Shown here: positions 56,891 to 64,000 of the stretch, one piece after another
Layout of the letters: the number at the start of each line of letters is the position of its first letter
Numbering within the stretch: the first letter of the stretch is position 1
Source of the DNA: Candidatus Latescibacterota bacterium
Lineage (GTDB): Bacteria; Latescibacterota; UBA2968; UBA8231
Length of the DNA: 64,000 nt
Direction: 5' to 3'
NCBI GenBank assembly: GCA_964291625.2
Contig: OZ220089.1
Span: 3,264,001 to 3,328,000 of the forward strand
Program-made: the position numbers and the translations under genes
The notes under the pieces: generated by a model
What the model saw: only the letters and a program-made list of their open reading frames with translations
Database searches by the model: none
What the model was told of the DNA's origin: nothing

Positions 56891-57760
56891 TCAGGAAGGC
56901 GCCGCGGCGATGATCAGCCGGGGGAGGCCGGCCACGTCGGGACGCATCTCGGGCTCGCCGAAGCCGGCGTCGCGGACCAGGCGGGAAGCCTCCTCGGACT
57001 GGCGGGCCCCGATCTCGAGGAACAGCCGGCCCCCCGGCTCCAGGTGAGGCAGGATGGTCCCGGCAACCCTGCGGATCAGGTCGAGCCCGTCGGGGCCGCC
57101 ATCGAGGGCCAGGCGCGGCTCGTGGTCGCGGACCTCGGGCTCAAGGGTCTCCAGATCGGCGGTGGCGATGTAGGGAGGGTTGCAGAGCACGGCCCGATAG
57201 CGCCGCGCCCCCAGGGGGGCGCACAGGTCCCCGCACACGAAGCGGATGCGGTCCTCGAGCCCGTGGCGCCGGGCGTTCCGCCGCGCCAGGACCAGCGCCT
57301 CATGGGACAGATCGCTGGCCACCACCTGGACGCCCTCGTGCTCGCGGGCGATGGCGATGGCGATGGCGCCGGAGCCGCAGCCCAGGTCGAGGACGGGTCC
57401 CGGGGGGGCGTCGGCGAGAAAGGTCAGGGCCTCCTCCACGAGCAGCTCGGTCTCGGGGCGGGGCACCAGGACGCTGTCGTCCACGTGCAGGTCGAGGAGG
57501 CGGAACCCGGCCTCGCCGGTGATGTACTGGGACGGCCGCCCCGCCAGGCGCTGGCGCACGAAGCCGCGGAAGGCCTCGACCTCGGCGGCGGCGAGGATCC
57601 TGTCGAACTGCAGGTAGAGGTCGAGCCGGCGGATGCCGAGAGCGGCGGCCAGCAGCAGTTCCGCCTCGAGGCGGGCGCTGTCGAGGCCCCGGGAGTCGAG
57701 AAAGCCGCTGGCCTCCTGCAGCAGGTCGAGGAGTTTCCAGCGGCGTCCGTCGCCGGCCAT
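56891..57760 (-). CDS. prmC: Release factor glutamine methyltransferase
   Basis: VLVPRPETE, LDLGCGSG, NPPY, ALDGGPDGL; downstream of prfA. Confidence 0.95.
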   Translation of the reverse strand: MAGDGRRWKLLDLLQEASGFLDSRGLDSARLEAELLLAAALGIRRLDLYLQFDRILAAAEVEAFRGFVRQRLAGRPSQYITGEAGFRLLDLHVDDSVLVPRPETELLVEEALTFLADAPPGPVLDLGCGSGAIAIAIAREHEGVQVVASDLSHEALVLARRNARRHGLEDRIRFVCGDLCAPLGARRYRAVLCNPPYIATADLETLEPEVRDHEPRLALDGGPDGLDLIRRVAGTILPHLEPGGRLFLEIGARQSEEASRLVRDAGFGEPEMRPDVAGLPRLIIAAAPS

Positions 57761-58860
57761 CAGCCCGGAGGGGGCCCGGCGGCCAGGACGCGCTGCTGCT
57801 CGGCGGAGATCAGCTCCTCGACGAAGGCATCGATGCCCCCGTCGAGGACCTCCTCGAGCTGGTACAGACTGAGCTTGACGCGGTGGTCGGTGACCCGGCC
57901 CTGGGGGAAGTTGTAGGTGCGGATCTTGTCGCTGCGGTCCCCGGAGCCGATCTGCTGTCGGCGCTCCCGCGACAGCTCCGCCTCCTGCTTCGCCTTCCGG
58001 AGCTCCAGCAGCCGCGCCCGCAGGACCTTCAGGGCCTTGGTCTTGTTCTTCAACTGGGACTTCTCGTCCTGGCAGCTGACCACCAGGCCGGTGGGCCCGT
58101 GGGTGACGCGGACGGCCGAGTCGGTGGTGTTGACGCTCTGGCCGCCGGGGCCGCCGGAGCGGAAGACGTCGATCTCCAGATCTTCGGGATCGATGTGAAC
58201 GTCCACCTCCTCGGCCTCGGGGAGGACCGCCACCGAGGCCGCCGAGGTGTGGATCCGGCCGCTGGCCTCGGTCTTGGGGACCCGCTGCACGCGGTGCACG
58301 CCGCTCTCGAACTTGAGGCGGCCGAAGGCGCCGGCGCCCGAGACCAGGAGGACCGCTTCCTTGAATCCGCCGGCGGGGTTGGTGCTCGACGACAGGGGCT
58401 CGATGGCCCAGCGGCGGCGCTCGGCGTAGCGGTCGTACATCCGGTAGAGATCGGCGGCGAAGAGTCCGGCCTCGTCGCCGCCGGCCCCGGCGCGGATCTC
58501 GACGATGGCGTTGCGGGCGTCGTTGGGGTCCCTGGGGACCAGCAGCAGCTTGAGGGCCTGTGTGAGGGTCTCGACTTCGGGGTCGAGCGTCTCCAGCTCG
58601 GCCCGCGCCAGCTCGAGAAGCTCCTCGTCCCCGCCGTCGGCGAGGATCTGCCGCGCCTCGTCCCGGCGGACCAGGACCTCCCGGTAGCGCGCCGTGGTCT
58701 CCACGGTCTCCTTGAGATCGCCCGCCTCCCGGGCCAGCTTGCGGAACTCGGCGGCGTTGCGCGCCACCTCCGGTTGGGAGAGCCGCTCGTTGAGCTCGGC
58801 GTAGCGCCTATCGATCTCCTCCAGCCGTTCGAGCACGTCAGCCGCCTCCCTCAGCGGCAT
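57760..58860 (-). CDS. prfA: Peptide chain release factor 1
   Basis: [17 protein letters not shown] (PxT), GGQSVN, RTYNFPQ. Confidence 0.97.
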   Translation of the reverse strand: MPLREAADVLERLEEIDRRYAELNERLSQPEVARNAAEFRKLAREAGDLKETVETTARYREVLVRRDEARQILADGGDEELLELARAELETLDPEVETLTQALKLLLVPRDPNDARNAIVEIRAGAGGDEAGLFAADLYRMYDRYAERRRWAIEPLSSSTNPAGGFKEAVLLVSGAGAFGRLKFESGVHRVQRVPKTEASGRIHTSAASVAVLPEAEEVDVHIDPEDLEIDVFRSGGPGGQSVNTTDSAVRVTHGPTGLVVSCQDEKSQLKNKTKALKVLRARLLELRKAKQEAELSRERRQQIGSGDRSDKIRTYNFPQGRVTDHRVKLSLYQLEEVLDGGIDAFVEELISAEQQRVLAAGPPPG

Positions 58861-58871
58861 CCTTCGGAGAC

Positions 58872-58921
58872 AAAAAAAGGGTGATGGGCCGAAGCGCCGA
58901 GCGCGCCTCCGCCCATCACCC
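58872..58921 (-). terminator. Intrinsic terminator between rpmE and prfA
   Basis: GGGTGATGGGC...GCCCATCACCC stem followed by TTTTTTT. Confidence 0.8.
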
Positions 58922-58940
58922 GTCGTCGCCGCCGAGGCGG

Positions 58941-59267
58941 CTAACCGTCGGTCGCTTCGGCAGCCGGCGCCTCGGCCGGCGCCTCCTCCGCCTCGTCTCC
59001 CTCGTCCGTCTTGCCGGCGTTGAAACCCGCGTAACGCTGGCGGAACTGCTCGATGCGGCCGCCCCTCTCGGAGAGCTGCTGCTCCTTGCCGGTGTAGAAG
59101 GCGTGCGAGGCGGAGCTGAGGTCGAAGCGGATGACGGGGTACTCCCGTCCGTCGTCCCAGGCCATCTTCTCGTCGGAAGTCGCCGTCGACCGCGTCAGCA
59201 CCTTGAAGTCGACGCTGACGTCGTAGAAGATGACCGGTCTGTACTCTGGGTGGATGTCTTGTTTCAT
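58941..59267 (-). CDS. rpmE: 50S ribosomal protein L31, type B (Cys-less)
   Basis: [29 protein letters not shown]. Confidence 0.93.
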   Translation of the reverse strand: MKQDIHPEYRPVIFYDVSVDFKVLTRSTATSDEKMAWDDGREYPVIRFDLSSASHAFYTGKEQQLSERGGRIEQFRQRYAGFNAGKTDEGDEAEEAPAEAPAAEATDG

Positions 59268-59346
59268 CGCTCCGGCTCGCTGCGAGTCACTGACGGGGAA
59301 AATAAGACACGGCTTGGTATCGGCAAGAGGTCTCCGGCGGGGGCAC

Positions 59347-60783
59347 TCAGTCGTTCATCGCCTTGAGGAACTCCTCGTTCGACGTCGTGCCGTCCATGCG
59401 CTCGAGGAGGAACTCCATGCCCTCCACGACCCCCATCTGGTTGAGGATGCGGCGGAGGATGTGGGAGCGGGTGAGCTCGAACTCCGAGAGCAGCAGTTCC
59501 TCCTTCCGCGTCGCCGTGGCGGTCACGTCCATGGCCGGCCAGGTGCGGCGGTTGCTCAGGCGCCGGTCGAGGGTGACCTGCATGTTGCCGGTGCCCTTGA
59601 ACTCCTCGAAGATCACCTCGTCCATGCGGCTGCCCGTGTCGACGAGGGCGGTGCCGATGATGGTCAGGGAGCCGCCTTCCTCGACGTTGCGCGCCGCCGC
59701 GAAGAACCGGCGCGGGTGCTGCAGGGCCGTGGAGTCGACGCCGCCGGTGAGGATGCGTCCCGAATGGGGCGTGACCACGTTGTAGGCCCGCGCCAGGCGG
59801 GTGATGCTGTCGAGGAGGATCACCACGTCGCGGCGGTGCTCGGTGAGGCGCTTGGCCTTCTCGATGACCATCTCCGCCACCTGCACGTGCCGCGTAGCCG
59901 GCTCGTCGAAGGTGGAGCTCACCACCTCGCCCTTGACCGAGCGCGACATCTCCGTCACTTCCTCGGGGCGCTCGTCGATGAGCAGCACGATGAGGACGCA
60001 CTCGGGATGGTTGGTGGTGATGGCGTTGGCCAGGTTCTGCAGCAGCATCGTCTTGCCGGTGTACGGCGGGGCCACGATCAGTCCGCGCTGCCCCTTGCCG
60101 ATGGGCGAGAGCAGGTCGAGGATGCGCGTCGTCATGTTCTTGGGATTGTGCTCGAGCTGGAGCCGCTCCCGTGGATGCAGGGCCGTCAGGTTCTCGAAGA
60201 TCGTCTTGTTCTTCGTGACCTCGGGGTCCTCGAAGTTGATCGCCTCCACGCGCAGCAGGGCGAAGTACTTCTCGTCGTTCTTGGGCGGCCGCACCTGTCC
60301 GGAGATCGTGTCTCCCGAACGCAGGCTGAAACGCTTGATCTGGGAGTGGGAGACGTAGATGTCGTCGGGTCCCGGCAGGTAGTTGTAGGTCGGGGACCGC
60401 AGGAACCCGAAGCCCTCCTCGAGGACCTCGAGGACGCCCTGGGCGAAGAGCAGGCCGCTGCGCTCGGTCTGCGCCTTCAGGATCGAGAAGATCAGCTCCT
60501 GCTTGCGCAGCGAGTGGTAGTCCAGCACGCCGAGGTCCTTGGCCAGCGACTGCTGGTCGAGGATGTTCATCGCCTGCAGCTCGATGATGTTCAGGCGCTC
60601 GACCCGCGACCTGGACTCGGAGGTGTTCTCGGGGCGTTCCGGGCGCTCGCCGCGCTCGGGGAGACCGTCGCCGTCCTGGGTTGGCGCCTGGCGCACGACC
60701 GGAGGCCGGTCGCGGTTGCTGCGGTAGCGGGAGCGGCTGTTGCCGCGCTCGGTGCGTTCGCTGTTCGGGCGCTGCGGGGGCAT
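59347..60783 (-). CDS. rho: Transcription termination factor Rho
   Basis: [45 protein letters not shown]. Confidence 0.98.
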   Translation of the reverse strand: MPPQRPNSERTERGNSRSRYRSNRDRPPVVRQAPTQDGDGLPERGERPERPENTSESRSRVERLNIIELQAMNILDQQSLAKDLGVLDYHSLRKQELIFSILKAQTERSGLLFAQGVLEVLEEGFGFLRSPTYNYLPGPDDIYVSHSQIKRFSLRSGDTISGQVRPPKNDEKYFALLRVEAINFEDPEVTKNKTIFENLTALHPRERLQLEHNPKNMTTRILDLLSPIGKGQRGLIVAPPYTGKTMLLQNLANAITTNHPECVLIVLLIDERPEEVTEMSRSVKGEVVSSTFDEPATRHVQVAEMVIEKAKRLTEHRRDVVILLDSITRLARAYNVVTPHSGRILTGGVDSTALQHPRRFFAAARNVEEGGSLTIIGTALVDTGSRMDEVIFEEFKGTGNMQVTLDRRLSNRRTWPAMDVTATATRKEELLLSEFELTRSHILRRILNQMGVVEGMEFLLERMDGTTSNEEFLKAMND

Positions 60784-61057
60784 GCGGATCGTTACCTTTC
60801 GAAGGGTGGGCCGGTTGCTGCGGAGGGGGGCTTGAAGTGAGGCGGCGGAGCCGCCCGGGGGGGACCGGCAAGGAACTGCCGGCCGTGCAAGTCAGATCTC
60901 GTAAGACCGGATACCGCCGCGCCGCAGGTCCGTCGACGGGAACCGCGGACACTGGTCAGCCGGCTGGCTGCGCTGGGGTATTCGAGTTGAGATCAGGGGG
61001 ATCCGGAAGTGGAGCCCCGGACGTTGGGAGGAAAGCGGCTTTCAACAGCGTTCGGTC

Positions 61058-61086
61058 AAGTTATCCAAGCCGCCCGGCGTTGTCAA
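61058..61086 (-). promoter_or_regulatory. rho promoter
   Basis: TTGACA-17 nt-TAACTT. Confidence 0.6.
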
Positions 61087-61133
61087 GCGCAAACACCCCG
61101 GGACGCCGCGTCCCCCGGCCCGCCCGGGAGCCT

Positions 61134-61162
61134 TTGACCCGGTTCGGGGGGAGGGGTAGCTT
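61134..61162 (+). promoter_or_regulatory. dnaG promoter
   Basis: TTGACC-17 nt-TAGCTT. Confidence 0.5.
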
Positions 61163-61194
61163 GTCCGCGCCCGGTCCTCTCTCCGCCCCTGCCC

Positions 61195-63024
61195 ATGCCC
61201 GAAATCCCCCGGGATACCATCGAGCGCGTCAAGGCGGCCACCGACATCGTCGAGGTCGTCTCGGAGCACGTCCAACTCCGTCAACAGGGCCGCAACTGGC
61301 TGGGGCTGTGCCCGTTCCACAACGAGAACACGCCCTCCTTCAACGTCAATCCCGAGCTCCAGATCTATCACTGCTTCGGCTGCGGCGTCGGCGGCGACAT
61401 CTACAAGTTCCTCCAGGAGATCGACAAGGTCTCCTTCTTCGAGGCCCTCACCTTCCTCGCCGGGCGCGCCGGGATCTCGCTGCCGCGGTCCGGGGGCGCC
61501 GCGGCCGACGACGAGCGCAACGACCGGCTCTTCGGGGCCAACGAGCTGGCGGCGAAGTACTTCCAGTACATGCTGCGCCGTCCCGAGGGCGCGGCGGCGC
61601 TGCGCTATCTGCACCGCCGCGGGGTCACCGACGAGACCGCCGAGGCCTTCCGCCTCGGCTACGCCCCGGGGGGGTGGACCAGCTTCCTCGACATGGCGAC
61701 GAAGCCCAGGAGAGGCTTCCGCGCCGAGGAGCTTGAGCAGGCCGGCCTCGCCCTGCCGGGCCGCTCCGGCCGCGGCCACTACGACCGCTTCCGCGACCGC
61801 GTCGTCTTTCCCATCACCAACCTGTCGGGCCGCACCATCGGCTTCGGCGCGCGGGCCCTGCGCGACGACGACGAGCCGAAGTATCTCAACTCTCCGGAGA
61901 CCCCCATCTATCACAAGAGCGGCGTGCTCTACGGGATGGCCGCGGCCCGGGAGTCGATCCGCCGCCGCCGGACGGCGCTGGTGGTCGAGGGATACATGGA
62001 CGTCGTCGGCCTGGCGCAGCACGGCGCCACCCACGTCGTCGCCTCCTCCGGGACTTCCCTGACGCCGGGGCACGCGCGCCTGCTGGGGCGGTACGCGGAG
62101 CGCGTCGTCCTGCTCTTCGACGGCGACGCCGCCGGGGGTGCGGCGGCCGAGCGCGGTGTGGAGGTGCTCCTCGGGACGGAGCTCGACACCCGCATCGCCA
62201 CCCTTCCCGCCGGTCAGGACCCCGACAGCTTCGTCCGCCGGGAGGGCGGCGCCGGGGCTTTGGAGGAGCTCGTCGAGTCGGCGCCCCCGGCCCTCGACGT
62301 CTACCTCGACCGCCTGGCGGCGGCCGTCGACCTGACCTCCGTCGCCGGCCGCGCCCGCGCCGTGGACCGGCTGGTCCCCCTGTTCTCCCAGTGCCGGGAG
62401 GAGGTCCGGCGCGACCTCATGCTGCGCCGCGTGGCCCAGCGCTTCGAGGTCGACGAGCAGGCGCTGCGGCGGGACGTGGCCGCCGCCATGTCCCGGCCGC
62501 GGCGGGCCCGCCCCGAAGAGCCGGCGGCTCAGGCTCCCCGGCCGCGGACGGCGGGAGGCGCTCCGAAGCCGGCCACGGGGAGCGAGCTCGAGCGCCAGTT
62601 CGTCGGCCTGCTGCTGCAGCACCCGGAGTTGATCGTGCGCAGCCGGGAGCACCTCGCTTCGGAACTCTTCGGCGATGCCGACGTCCGCCGCCTGGTGGAC
62701 TATCTCACCGGCCATCCGCCGGAGGACGGCCACGTCGACCTCACGGCCTTGCTGAACCACGTGGACGAGGATCTCCGGCGCCTGGTCTCCACCTGCGCCA
62801 TGGAGAGCTTCGACCCCGGCCACGTGGAGGAGCTGTGGAGCGATCACCTGCACCGGCTGCGGCGCGCCGACCTCACGCGCCGCATCGACGACGCCACCCG
62901 GCAGCTGCGGCGGGCCTCGGAGGCCGGCGCCGCCGGCGAGGTGGAGCGGCTCCAGGCCGACCATCGCCGGCTGGTGGTGGAACGGACGCGGCTGGAGGGG
63001 CAGGGATCGGCTGCCCCGTCTTGA
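61195..63024 (+). CDS. dnaG: DNA primase
   Basis: CPFH..TPSF..HCFGC zinc ribbon, DRFRDR, KYLNSPET, EGYMD, FDGD.AG, DPD. Confidence 0.97.
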   Translation: MPEIPRDTIERVKAATDIVEVVSEHVQLRQQGRNWLGLCPFHNENTPSFNVNPELQIYHCFGCGVGGDIYKFLQEIDKVSFFEALTFLAGRAGISLPRSGGAAADDERNDRLFGANELAAKYFQYMLRRPEGAAALRYLHRRGVTDETAEAFRLGYAPGGWTSFLDMATKPRRGFRAEELEQAGLALPGRSGRGHYDRFRDRVVFPITNLSGRTIGFGARALRDDDEPKYLNSPETPIYHKSGVLYGMAAARESIRRRRTALVVEGYMDVVGLAQHGATHVVASSGTSLTPGHARLLGRYAERVVLLFDGDAAGGAAAERGVEVLLGTELDTRIATLPAGQDPDSFVRREGGAGALEELVESAPPALDVYLDRLAAAVDLTSVAGRARAVDRLVPLFSQCREEVRRDLMLRRVAQRFEVDEQALRRDVAAAMSRPRRARPEEPAAQAPRPRTAGGAPKPATGSELERQFVGLLLQHPELIVRSREHLASELFGDADVRRLVDYLTGHPPEDGHVDLTALLNHVDEDLRRLVSTCAMESFDPGHVEELWSDHLHRLRRADLTRRIDDATRQLRRASEAGAAGEVERLQADHRRLVVERTRLEGQGSAAPS

Positions 63025-63073
63025 CCCTGCCGGGCGGCGGGGGCACCTTTTCCCGGCCGGGTCGTGCGTTCTC

Positions 63074-63150
63074 GGGCCCATAGCTCAGCTGGTCAGAGCG
63101 GCGGACTCATAATCCGTTGGTCCCAGGTTCGAACCCTGGTGGGCCCACCA
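63074..63150 (+). tRNA. tRNA with CAT anticodon, most likely tRNA-Ile2 (lysidine)
   Basis: GGGCCCATAGCTCAG...GCGGA-CT-CAT-AA-TCCG...GGGCCCACCA; paired G1-C72 and no triple G-C anticodon stem, so not the initiator. Confidence 0.9.
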
Positions 63151-63162
63151 GGTCCCCATCGC

Positions 63163-63239
63163 GGGCGATTAGCTCAGTTGGTTAGAGCGCCGGTCTCACA
63201 TACCGGAGGTCGCTGGTTCAAATCCAGCATCGCCCACCA
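63163..63239 (+). tRNA. tRNA-Val(CAC)
   Basis: GGGCGATTAGCTCAG...CCGGT-CT-CAC-AT-ACCGG...CGCCCACCA. Confidence 0.93.
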
Positions 63240-63337
63240 TGTGCAACGGCCCCGCCGGCGGCCCCCGGCCGGGGCCGTTCCGTTGCGCTCTCCGGCCTTG
63301 GCCGCGATCTCCTGGCCCGTAGACGGGAGGTGTCCCC

Positions 63338-63514
63338 ATGGCGCTCCGCCGCCTTCTCGCGCTCCTGCTCCTGCTCGTCCTGCTGACCTCCTGCGGCAGG
63401 GGGTTCTTCACGACCAGTTCCCCGGGCGTGGAGCCCGAGCCCCCTCCGGGAGACCCCACCGACACCGGCCCCGTGCCGGAGGCGACACCCGCGCAGACGG
63501 CCCCCGGGGCCTGA
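63338..63514 (+). CDS. Small Pro/Thr-rich lipoprotein (58 aa)
   Basis: GGAGG RBS; MALRRLLALLLLLVLLTS-C lipobox; below the ORF-track size cut-off. Confidence 0.65.
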   Translation: MALRRLLALLLLLVLLTSCGRGFFTTSSPGVEPEPPPGDPTDTGPVPEATPAQTAPGA

Positions 63515-63712
63515 CCTCGTGAGCCGGCCTCACACCCGACCCGGCGACGGGCCGGGGCGGAACCGGTGTCTGTGCAATCGAAGGCGGGCCCGGCCCGCCC
63601 CCGGAGGGAGAGTCCTCCTTTGACACCCAACCTGTTGGAGAACAGATTGTTACGGCGGTTTTTGGCGGGTCGGCGCCACCCTGATCGGGCGGAGGTTCGC
63701 GGCTGAGGCCAG

Positions 63713-64000
63713 ATGGCGGATCTGTTCATCCACGGTATGGGGCACTTCCACCCCGAGAACACCATCGACAACGCGTTCCTCGAGGAGTTGGATATCGGCA
63801 CCGACGACCGCTGGATCCTCGAGCGGGTGGGGATCCGCGAGCGCCGCACGGTGCTGCCCCTGGACTACATCCGCCAGACCCGCAACGGCGACCCTCGACA
63901 GGCGCGGGAGGCGGCGGTCTACGACAACGCCGAGACGTCGGTGCGCGCCTCCGGCCTGGCCCTCGAACGGGCCGGAGTCGGCCGCGAGCAGATCGGACTG
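63713..64000 (+). CDS. 3-oxoacyl-ACP synthase III (FabH-like), partial
   Basis: MADLFIHGMGHFHPEN.IDN..LEELDIGT...WILERVGIRERR; runs off the window end. Confidence 0.85.
   Translation, partial: MADLFIHGMGHFHPENTIDNAFLEELDIGTDDRWILERVGIRERRTVLPLDYIRQTRNGDPRQAREAAVYDNAETSVRASGLALERAGVGREQIGL

Noticed and set aside
63074-63150. Initiator tRNA-fMet
   Set aside because: It has a paired 1-72 position and lacks the three consecutive G-C pairs in the anticodon stem.

Overview
High-GC bacterial chromosome segment. C-terminal FlgD-Ig 'YPNPFN' domains and an 'SWGxxK' tail suggest Latescibacterota or a related FCB lineage (inference). Left part (1-26.8 kb): tRNA-Glu, catabolic operons (amidase/TIM-barrel isomerase/Gfo-Idh-MocA; PhyH/MBL hydrolase/GH-like/lyase-like; Ldh_2/enolase/CocE), UbiD, an orphan RHH antitoxin, an ABC-ATPase + DUF4276-like pair, an AAA_14-DUF4143 ATPase, a low-GC orphan ORF and a solitary DNA methyltransferase. 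Centre (26.8-42.2 kb): a complete-looking N-methylglutamate methylamine pathway (GmaS/GlnT, MgdABCD/SoxBDAG, XRE-cupin regulator, MgsA). It has two unusual features: a fused MgsB-MgsC, and an extra GltD-like NAD(P)H flavoprotein fused to a degenerate second glutamate-synthase FMN barrel. This is the best candidate for an undescribed system. It is followed by a low-GC AbiL/RloA-RloB-like pair and a gene remnant. Right part: housekeeping genes (glcF, murB, yaaA, hpt, recA, prmC, prfA, rpmE, rho, dnaG), two tRNAs, a 58-aa lipoprotein missed by the ORF track, and a partial FabH-like gene. No CRISPR array, rRNA, transposase or integrase was seen. All family calls come from motif recognition by eye, not database searches.
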